Source of the DNA: Balanoglossus misakiensis
Lineage: Eukaryota; Animalia; Hemichordata
Assembly (NCBI GenBank): GCA_040954595.2
Contig: CM082584.2
Span: 7,087,919 to 7,151,918, forward strand
Length of the DNA: 64,000 nucleotides
Direction of reading: 5' to 3'
Made by a program: the position numbers and the translations under genes. Below the pieces are notes generated by a model that saw nothing but the letters and a program-made list of their open reading frames with translations, searched no databases and was not told the DNA's origin. Shown piece by piece: positions 42,801 to 54,800 of this stretch. Each line of letters opens with the position of its first letter. Position 1 is the first letter of the stretch.

Positions 42801-45800
42801 TTTGATAAGACACATCTGATTTGTTTGAATGGAACGTCATGTGTATCACTGCACACCTCTTGTTGCATTCGAACATTCAACATCTAAAGCTCATGTATGG
42901 TTATCAAACTTGTTTTCTGCCATGTAGGTTGTGAAGAGAGTAGCAGTGTAACTATCCCGTCCGATGGATTCATCGATGTATTGTCACCGTACTATCCCAA
43001 CCAGTATGACAACAACATGTTCTGTGAATGGACCATCAAATCTGATCCCGGAAAGAACATCCGTGTTTCCATCGTTGATTTTGAGACAGGTAACAAACTT
43101 GTTTTTGAACCAGAGCATATGAATAGAATGTATATGTACACAGCACAGTAAACTCTTTACTATCTGTGAGCTTCACCGCACATTGTTCAATTTATGGCAG
43201 ATTTCTTGCTGTTGGTTTTGAAGCAAAGCATGTTCTTAAATTTTCCAACACCATAATTCACTTACCTACATGGTAAATTTTCATCGACAGAGAGGTACTA
43301 CGATTGGGTCGACCTCGGAACAGGATCAAACTCTATCGACCTGTCCACAAGATTACTCCACCTGTCAGGCGACAGGTCAGTTGCGGACTACACCATAGCA
43401 ACCGACGAGGCCTGGATGACGTTCACCTCTGACCCCGACCTGATACACACTGGGTTTAGGATTCGGTTCTATGATGGTAAGAGAGATTCTTGGACACCGC
43501 AATAATCGTAATACCCTGTGATTAGATCACATGATTTTTCTCTGTGGCTATACTTTATGATACTGGTTTTTATTTTAGACATTATTAATGGTACCTGTGA
43601 TCTTGGTTTAATAGAGCAATGCCCACTGGCATTTTCCAAATAGATGGCCAAACTCTTGTCATCGAGACCTCAAACGTGACAACTGAGAATCAATTAACTT
43701 TTATATTGATAATTAATACTCATTTCACTTTTCCACAGATGGCTGCCTGACAGAAACACTGACTGACGGTACTGGCACTATCCAATCTCCATTGTACCCT
43801 GGCATGTACCCACACATGTCAGACTGCATCTGGATCATCGATGTCAGTGAGGATGAACATTTCATGGCTGAAATCTGGCTTGTATTCAACGACTTTGAAC
43901 TGGAAGATCGCTATGACAACCTTCTGATTGGTGTTGGAGATGACCCATACAGTGAACCTGATTGGGTATGTACCATTTTTTAAAAATAATGTTTACTATA
44001 TGTCATAAAGTTTTCTATAGACACAACAGGTAGATGTTGCTACACATCTCAATATATCTATACAGTACACTCTGTTATAGTAATAATAATAAGTTTATTC
44101 CCACTAGTAAACAAATTTAAATATAAAATGTGTATATATACTTTCACACTTCCAGACACTAACTGGCAGTGACCTACCTGATGACATTGAGATTAGATCG
44201 TCCAAAGCATGGTTGAGATTCCAGAGCGACATCTCCGTCGCAAGGACAGGATTTGACTTGACATATTCACTTGAGTGTAAGTGGTCTTACCCTTCTAAAT
44301 TTAACTTTTCTTACTTATCGGTTCTATGGTAACATTTCTTGAGTAAACAAATATCGTAGTGTGCCAGGTCTGTTTGGTAGACATATGCTCCCAATATGTT
44401 TCATGTACATGTACTATTATAGTTTTTGCAATATTTTAATAGAGAAAGTTTATAAATTTTGTCAATTCAATTGGTACAGAAATATTGATGAAGCCAAAAT
44501 TTGAGCTTTATAAAGGTATGCATGCATGTTATCATCTGCCAGAGCTCCATCCAATCCTTTGACTTTTATTTCTTGCTTGTGTAGGTCCCTATGATTATGA
44601 ATTTGGTCATGGCGGCCACTGCTACAAGTTTACTCCCGGAAACTCAACATGGGAGGAAGCTCGAGATGATTGTCATCGACATGCTGATGGAGAGCTAGTT
44701 GTCATAGAAACGCAAGAGGAATTGGACTATATCAGACAAAAGATGGCATATGCAGAATTTTGGATAGGTAAGAACAGTTGTAGAGTTGATTTAAAAAAAA
44801 TCCAAACCTTATTCATCAACATACTCATGCATACCGGTAGTATAGCCAGTACAAGCACCCTTCTACTGTCCGTGTGCAGAGTTATTAGTGAATAAATATA
44901 CATGTACAATGTAGATGTTGTTGCAAATTTTCCCTGGCTCACCCCAGATTTAAAAAAAAAATACAAAGGTGATATGCCAAGCGGCTTCCAAGTTTTTGAT
45001 GTGGACGAACATATACAGACATACATTCATCCATACAGATGCAACTGATTCCATAAGGTCCCATGGTATATATACATACAAAAATGGGACCTAAAAATCA
45101 TGCTAAATTTGGTGCACTCCACTGGTGCTATTACTTGTTAATAAGAGCCGACATCTTGTTTCCAGGATACAATGACAAATCTGTTGAGGGAACATGGAGA
45201 TGGACGGACTGCTCATACTCGAACGCATGGCAGCTCTCCAACTGGGAACCAGGTCAGCCATCAAACGGCCCCAATGAAGACTGCGCTGTCACTACGGCAA
45301 CTGCTGGACAGTGGGCAGATCAAGACTGCGGCGTCAAGTACCACCATGTCTGTGAAATCCTCAGAAAGAGTAAGTTTGAAATGTGTATTCACACGCTGCA
45401 AAACTATACCTCACGGCTAACAATGTGTTGTCACATTTCCAAGTTTCTTTGATGTATGAACATGTAGTAGTTGGCAGGGTCTACCTGAATAGTGGAAACA
45501 GTGCCGATGGTGTGTTTACAAACAGAAAAAGGCGGAATAAGGTAATGGCAGAATATTAAAAGCAAATATGACTTAATGCTTCTGTACATTCTCTCTTTAG
45601 ATTACACAGACGAAGAGATGAATGTCGACAATGTTGTCGGCGAGGCACTATCCCCACACAGCATTTCTGTCACGTGGAACATATCAGACATCAACTGTGA
45701 CGTGCTGGGATACCGAGTCAAGTACCATCGCTTGGACTGGGCTGAAGGTGCCTTCGTCGTCTATGTGGAAGGCGGAAAGACAAGTGAAACACTCCTGACC

Positions 45801-48800
45801 GGTCTGCAGAGTTCCACCTGGTACATGATATACGTCGCTGCCCAGTTGCAAGACTATGCTTTGGAGTATGTGCCGGGTGACCCTGTACAGACACACGAAG
45901 GTAAAACTAATTATGCTGAGTAATCTAATTTCACATGAAATTTACGTGACATTTAACAATTTAAAGATTTAGAAGATATTCCAACCTGAAATTAATGTTT
46001 TCATGAACAAGACTATTGGAAAATTGAATAGAATCAACTAATTTTGAATATGTTATGTACTCCTGATTTAATCCCTGATTGTGTTTTATTTTGTCATTTT
46101 TGCAATATATTGTGTATATACTGCCATGAGGTTGGAATTGATCATGTTGATCTTATTTCATTGGCAGTTGTGAAACCACCAGCTCCTACCCCACCAGCAA
46201 GAAAAGAATGCGGTGGAGAGTATGTTGCCAAGAATGGTACATATCTGCGCATCACATCTCCTGACTACCCAGATAACTATGGTAACAATGAGGTAAGGCG
46301 TAGTTACTACTATTATAGGGACTGATTTAGTTTCCAGTGAACTTGCAAGTATATGTTACAGCAAACTTATAGCCGTTTTATTATCTGCTTAGATTTTCAC
46401 TTCCAGTGTTATTTTGATATAAAAGTTAATTCCCATATTTAGCAGGGGTACATTGTGAAGTAAAAACGCTGATTTTAACTAAAAGAGGAATAATTTGCCA
46501 AGAACATTCATATAAATGAAGTTCTGCTAAACTATGTTTTCCCCCTCTCAGTACTGTGAATGGAAGATCAGTGCACTTGATGGCAATGCCTTACTTCTAC
46601 ACTTGCGAGACCTCCGAACCGAGTACCTGTTTGATTGGATACATATCGGTGATGGAAGCGATCCTAGCGACACAGATTCCATCCAGCATGAAATCTCAGG
46701 ATTCCTCCGACCGTGGGAGTACTGGACGTCGGAAACAAGCGAAGTGTGGATCACATTCACGACCGATCACTCGTGGACGTTCAGAGGATTCGTCATCGAC
46801 ATTGAAGAAATATTCACAGGTAAAGGGATCTTGATGGTTTTACACTGCACACCCTTAGGTTTAACAGTAAAGCAGTACTACCAAGCCAAGCAGTTGCTAT
46901 CTCAGAACTCTTTCTAGTTGTTTGACACTCTGCAGTGTGCCGACTGACAAACAGCTTTGGGTCAATTTGAGAATTTCTTAAAATTTCTCTGAGTTAGTTC
47001 TGTACTTTAGCATATAGTGTGGATAATTGTCGTGAGACACCGGTGAGTTTTTTAAGTCAGTGACGCCGTCATATGGGCTTATAGGGCACACTGTTTGATA
47101 CCCAGATGAATAATATAAACAAACATGTGGCCAACAAAATTTCATTTTGACTGATTAGACTGAATATTCTACATCCTTTTGCTTTCACAGAAGCACCCAC
47201 TGAGAAGCCAGTACCAACAGAACCTGTACCAGTTGATGAATGCGGCGGCAACATCACCATTGGCCCTGGGGAAGTGGAAGAGATCAACTCGCCAAACTAT
47301 CCCAACCCATACGACAACGACCTCGAGTGCCTGTGGCGCGTCAACACCGAATCCGGAGCCAGAGTCAACGTCACCTTCCTCTTCTACCACACGGAATACT
47401 GCCATGACTGGCTGGAAATAGGCAACGGAATTGACCACACGGACTTGACGACCAGTGCCCTGCGTCTGTCCGGAGAACACTCGCCTGAGCCATTCTACGC
47501 CAATGGCGATAAGATTTGGATGACGTTCATCACTGATTACTCTGTAGTCTACCAGGGATTCCATCTGCTCGTCAGTGAAATGGATGAACCAGGTAATTTA
47601 TTTATTATTGTATCTTCATGTTATAAAATTATCGTTCCCTGGTTTAGTGTAGTGCTAGCCAGAAAAAGGATTACATTGTTATAGTGTGGTCGTCAGAAGT
47701 AATAAAACGTCAATGTTTTTTTTACAGATGAAATATGTGGAAGTGATATTGTCCTTGATCCAAGGGTGGGCGATAGAGAGCTCATCTTCTCACCCAACTA
47801 TGGAAGTGACTATAACAATAACGACCACTGCAAGTGGACTGCTTCGGTATCCGATGGATATAACATTCTTGTCCATGTGTACCGCTTGGGTCTGGAGACC
47901 GGCTTTGATTGGTTGGAAATTGGACAAGGCAGCGGTGACGAGGTTGAGACGTCGTCTCTGTTGTACAGGCTGACAGGATCTCTATCGCAACAGCGATACA
48001 GCACAGGGTCTGACCAGGTCTGGTTACTCTTTACAAGTGACAGCTCTGTGACAGACTTTGGATTCGCCATAGCCTTGTCTGTGGGTAAGTCAGTAATAAT
48101 AAATCTTGTAATCTTCAGTTTTTGTGTGTTTGTTGTACAATGAATGCATTCATATTTATTAACAGATTGAAGCATTGAACTTCATGTAATTCTCTACTTT
48201 AATAGAAACACCTTTATCAGGCACATTATACTGATTACATGCATGCCAATGTACCTGACTGATCAACCACAGTATATTGTTAACGTACATAGACATGACA
48301 GATTGAAACTTTACATAAAAATTACAAATTGTATCTTATAGTCGATGCATGTGGAGGACATCTGACTGCAGAAAACGGCACCATCATGTCCCCACTCTTC
48401 CCATACGATTACCCTCATGGAAGTGAGTGTATCTGGACCATTGATATTGAGGATGCTGAGGCCATTGAGTTCATATTCCATGATTTTGAATTGGAAGAAA
48501 ACTTTGACCACCTGTACCTCGGAGAAGGACTGGTTCCGGACGAAGGATACTCATTTGTGAGTTCATGACAATTTTATATTTGGAAAAAATAAAAATAGAT
48601 AAAAGACTGGTGAACTCAAATTAGTTTCTTTATGGAATGCAGCTTGTCTGATATTGTGTCTAACTACTATTTGCAGGACCTGACAGGATCTGAGTTACCA
48701 AAGAACACCACTGTAAACAATGGAAAAGCTTGGCTGAAATTCACCTCTGATAACACAATAGTCGAAAAGGGATTTAATTTGACCTACAGAATATATCATG

Positions 48801-51800
48801 ATCGTAAGTAGACATCTTTATTTCAGAAGCCTTACTGACATGTTTTACTTACTAGAAGTTGTGGTATCTTTTATTGTAGGAAAGTTTTACTGGCAGTTTC
48901 TTGATTGTGAATTAACAGGTGTTCTTCAAGCCAAAGACTGCCGATATGAAATTGAGCTGAAAGAGGGATCGGTGCTGTTGATCCAGTCTGAAAACTACCC
49001 CGTCTCGTACTACAACAACCACCGATGCGAATGGAACGTCACCAGCGAGTCCGGCAAACCGATGGTGGTCACTTACAGAGACTTCCAGACGGAGAGACAC
49101 CACGACTGGCTGGACATCGGTTCCGGGTTGGACAACTCGGATGTGACGACACGTCTCAGGCACACTTCCGGCGACTACCTTCCGACTCAAGTCGTGGTGA
49201 ATGCGCCCTCAATGTGGATGACATTCTATACAGATAACAGTGTTGTCTTCAGAGGGTTCCTGTTGATGATTGAAGAATATGATGGTGAGTTTGGTGAATC
49301 TTTTCTGATTTTCATCAGTGTTGCCATCCTTATTTAAACAGTGTGTATTGAACAGCTGGTGAAACCTTGAATTTGAATTGCCACATGGCCTTCACTTCAT
49401 GCATACTGTAAAACAGGAAATCAATAAAGAAAAATTGCTAAGTTCACGAGAGCCCCCCAAAAACACGAAAATAAATAGTCGTGAAAGAACAATGTGTACA
49501 ATGGAATATTTTCGGAGATAGAAGAACGCAAATATAATTTGTTGGTAAATAGTCGCCTCTGTTGATATCGCGAAAATTTCCTGTTTTTATGGTATACAGG
49601 TTTCACCTGTTCAACAGCTACAATAACTAAAATATGAAGACAGTACTTTTAACGATTTGTTAACAAATTATTCTATTTTATAACAGCTGAAACTAATCCA
49701 CCCAAGCCTGAGCCTACCACCTTGCCAACCACCACGCCAGCACCGGAAGTATGTGGCGGCCATATTGAACTCATCGGAGACGAGATCTACAACATCACCT
49801 CTCCCAACTACCCGCAGCACTATGACGACGACCTCTGGTGTGAGTGGCTGGTCAACACCACCTATGGCAAGAGGATCACCATCACGGTCGTGGACTTCAG
49901 CACTGAGTACAGACACGATTATTTGGAGTATGGCAACGGAAACGATCCCAGCGTCAGGCGCTCGAGGGTGAGACGAGTTTCTGGCGTGCAACCTGCCGTG
50001 GAGTTCACATCTGATACGGAAAGCATCTGGTTCAGATTTGTGACGGACCATTCACTAACGGACAGGGGATTTTTCATTCAACTTCAAGTCCAGGAAGGTA
50101 AGAGACACTTACAATGTACATTAATTGACTATAGTAATACTTGCATACATTAATCATCAATGAATTATCAATTGAATACTTTCCAAGTTCAGAACTGTTT
50201 GAAATAAATAATTTTATTTTTACATGAGGGATTATACAAAAAATCACACAAACAGACAATTTGACATAAGAGACAGACATAAGAGACAGTTGTTTTCTAT
50301 TATTACCGGTAGACTTTTATTTCACTGGACAGGTATCTAAGAATATGTTCATAATTCAATTCAAATAAAACAAATCGAATAACTCTATGGGTGTAACTCT
50401 GTCTGTCTCTTGTAGATTGCAATTATGAATACACAATCCAACCTGGAGGCCAGGTCACCATACAGTCACCTGGATATCCCGGTTCATATGAAAATGAGCA
50501 ATTCTGTCAGTGGATCATTAAGGCTGAAACTGGAAATCCTATCAGATTTAACATCCTGGACTTTGATACAGGTGAGAAGAGAACATAAATTGCAATTTAA
50601 CGTCGATTCTTCACCTGTCTGTGATTGCTCAGTCAGACTATGCCATTGCAACATGTGTATGGATTTTCAGCCTTTCAGATATGTTTGCTTCTGTTAAACT
50701 TTATGGTACAGTACCACTATGAGGGATATTTCTTCTTCTCTGTTTATGATGAACTTGAAATGCATCAGCCATTCAAATTGAATTTACCAAAATACAGTAA
50801 TTTTTTTTTCTATGCAAGGATATTTTTATCTCCAAATACCTGCAATTTTTTTCAGTAAACTGTACTATTTATTGGATACAAAATGTAGGTTGTGCGATCG
50901 AGTTACATATTCTTGGGTGGCATTTTGTATGAAACTGAAATGTTGCGTGTTTTTTGTCTGCCTATAAACAGAACGCTGGTATGATTATGTTGATGTCGGC
51001 ACTGGTAACTACACCGCAGTGACTTCCACCAGACTTCTGCACATCTCTGGTCCGGGCAGGAAGGATGCCTCAGAGACTCACTTCACGGGAAGTGACGTTG
51101 TCTGGGTCACTTTTACCACAGATAGAACACTCCGCAGATCGGGCTTTGAAATTCAGTTCTTTGATGGTAAGTGATTCCACACACACAAAGGTCACCGTTG
51201 TTTTGGTACTTTTCAGCTAGATGATAAAGATTCAGGTGATTTTATCATACTATGAGTGAACTTAATGCAAGTTGTTATATTTTGCAGTGGTAAAAGTTAT
51301 TATGAGTACTGTAAAACACTAAATTATTTTCGCGAGCAATAAATTTTTACCAAATACGCTAGAGCCAAAATAGCGTGAAAATGAAAAGTTGCGTAATTTT
51401 TTTTTAAGATAACGATGCAGTGAATGAAATAATAGAACGCGAAAATTAATACTCGCGGAACAGTGGGCTCTCTTGATATTGCGAAAATTTTAACTCATGA
51501 AAATAAAGTGTTTTACAGTATTTGATTGTCATCATTTGGTCATCTTTACATACATTATATATAGTGATGATATAGCCATATCTTTTTTATTATGTGATAA
51601 TATTGATGATAATTTCCACTTTACATTCTATATCATCCACTGTAAGACATCTAGATTCTATTCTTCTCTCTATGCAGATGGATGCACTGAAATGACCTTC
51701 ACCACAACACCGGGTGAGATCTACTCCCCGTTCTACCCAAGTCCGTACCCTCACAACGCTGACTGCAGATGGCTGATCTCTTTAGCAGATGCCTCTCTTA

Positions 51801-54800
51801 TCAAGGTCACTGTGGAAACGTTTGATCTGGAATTTGGATATGACAGACTCTTGGCAGTAGATGGGGCTGATCCTGAATCGGGATATTCCAGGGTACGTGG
51901 ATGTTAGAAAATTGATATAGTGAACTTCGGTCTGTGTATGTATTGGTTATCTGTGCTACAATGTAGCTGTGCTGTGTTACACACAAAATTCCCATTGTGA
52001 CATGGTACAGACCATTTACCCAAAATCTCAGCAACTTTACCAAATTAAAACTATGTGCTGTAATGTACGTATGTGATTATAATGAGGCTGTTTTTCTTCC
52101 ACAGGAACTGACTGGTGTAATTGCAAATGGCACAGAATATGTAACCCAGGGTAATGAGTTGAGACTGAAACTGGAAACTGACTGGTCAGTAACTCGTGCA
52201 GGATTCCATTTACATTTCACATCTGACTGTGAGTATTCATGATTTTAATACTGTTTATTTTGAAATCATTCCCCCTTGTCAATATATCTTATGAAGAAAG
52301 CAAGAGATTTTTGCGCAGCGATTAGAATTTATACAAATTGTCGGACAATTGAGAAAATTACATTTAACAAATGGTACATTTTGTAAATTAAATGGAATGT
52401 GTTTATTTTTGCTGGAAGAGGGAGATCATTCATGAAAGTATTGACAATGATTCAAGGTAGGGTTAATGATTTTTTTTAATTTGATGATTACAGGTCCTGA
52501 GAACTATGAGGCTGGAAACAGTGGCAAGTGCTATAGATTCATAGAAGAGGGAGCCAGCTGGCAAGATGCCAGAGAGGAGTGCATGACAACCATCAATGGT
52601 GACCTAGTGATAGTCAACGATGAGACAGAACTGGATTACTTGAGAGGTCGAATGGCTGGTGCTACCTTCTGGATTGGTATGATATAAAATTTTAAAATGA
52701 TTCTTGTGGCAGATGACTCTGAATTTACTGAATGCTGCTTTCATTCCTTTGTATATGAAATTTTCAAATTGCCCTTGCCTACAAAACATTTCCCAACCAA
52801 AACATATGCCATGAGAACTACAGTTAACGATATACTGGTAGTTACCGGTAAGTGTGGCATCTTATGACATCTAGTGAATATGTGGATTTGATTGGCTTTC
52901 AGGTCTATCCTACATTGAATGGGACAGGGATTGGCAATGGATCGATTGCTCGGCTATGACAGCATGGCAGCGAGATCAGTGGGACGGTTCCGTGCCTACA
53001 GACCCAGATGTTGTAGGATCCGAGACATGTGCTGCGTCCAATGGCAACTGGACAGGATATGAATGTTTTACCCTGCATAGCTATGTCTGTGAACTTAACG
53101 TCAAAGGTAAGTGTCTTCGCTGGATACCCAATCCAAGCATGCAGTTGGTTCAGGGGTGGCCACTCTTTCCATAAAAAGAGGACACAATTTACTTAGCTGT
53201 AACACATAAAAAATGTCTGGTATCTTAAAGAAATGTATTTCAAGTTGAGAGAGTTTACTGAAAGTATATTTGCTGGTGGTAGAGGGATAAGTATAGTGTT
53301 AGTTGTAGCAGTTATGTGAGCCCATAAGAATACAATTTTATTTTGCTTTGATAGGACAATCAATTTGATAGGAAACTTGTTATTATTTACCGTAATCAAG
53401 TAGATTCACTTCCAGTTATTGTGACTTAATGCTGAAGTTAAATATTGTTTGTTTTCTTGAGCAAATGTTAACGTTTCCATTTTCTTCTTCTCACTAGACT
53501 TTGAAGTAGATGACCTGAATCCAACCAATCTGGCAGGAGTTCCCCTCGCGCCATTTGCAATTTACATATCTTGGGAAGCACCGACTTTTGCCTGTGACAT
53601 CCTGGGGTATAACATCTCGTATAGCGTTGTGGATGAACCGTGGAGCAACCAGACAGACTACGTGGAGGGTGCCATGAACACCGATTATCGAATGTTGGAT
53701 CTCTTGGCCAATACTTCTTATTCCATCACAGTGGAATCGCATACCTTCAAAGGAGTTGTGCCTCCTGGCGTCACTATCATTGTGACCACTTTGGAGAGTA
53801 AGTGTTTCCCAATTATGTCTGCGATATGGCAAATAAATACATTTCTATACTTATTTATGCATATACCTTTGTGTGTACCATGGTTATTTTAATTCTGGGT
53901 TTTTCACCTAATTTTATTGATGCCAAAAACTTGTCATAATGCATGCAGTGTGTTTTACATTTATTGTATCAATGATGTATTCTACTTGTAATTATGTTTC
54001 TTCAGCCAAAGAAGAAGAGCCAGTAGAACCTACACCAAAACCATGCGGCGGTGACTACACAGTCAAAAATGGTACCACGTTGGAGATAGTGTCACCTGGT
54101 TACCCTGGTTATTACGCCAACAACGAGTATTGCGAGTGGATAATCAGATCATCAGATGGAATGAGATTGAAGGCAACGATCTGGGAATTCAGTACAGAAT
54201 ATGGATATGACTTTGTCGATCTGGGTAAGCACTTGGCCGTTTCCGTTGTCAGATATAACTCCCAATGCCCGTAAGATGACATAAAAATATCCTCAACTGT
54301 TTTATGATTGAAACTTATAACTCTTGACTCAGCGCAATTTTGCAGTAGTTGATAGGTCCACTATGAGATATATGTAGGCTTACAAATCAGAGAGACCCAC
54401 CCTCTAGATACATATACACTCAGTCAAGTTGCTAATTGTTTTCTCTGCAGGTAATGGTGACGTTCCGGGCGATACCGAATCCCTGCTCTCCAGATTATCA
54501 GGAGTTGTAGGTTATCGCACACACCTATCAGAGGCCGAGTATATGTGGCTGGTGTTTGACAGTGATGGTTCAGTTACAGCTCCGGGATTTGTCATTGAAT
54601 TCAACCAGGAAGCTCCAGGTATGACTGGGAAAGTTTTTCTTAGCTTAGTGGTATGGTTAAATGCAATTTTCTATATTAAACAGTGTCATTTGTCTGAAGT
54701 GGATTTTCAGGTATTTCTCTAATGTAATCCTGTGGTATTTACAAATTTGCACCCTTTTTTTACTTATCTGCGCAGTTCTTGAGGAGCCAAGTGAAAAACC

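Noticed and set aside
294-53797. A cluster of separate tandem CUB-lectin genes
   Set aside because: Each FN3 exon ends in a phase-1 donor, and the next CUB1 exon starts at a matching acceptor about 140-390 nt later. No stop, signal peptide or promoter space lies between units, and only one TM exon exists.
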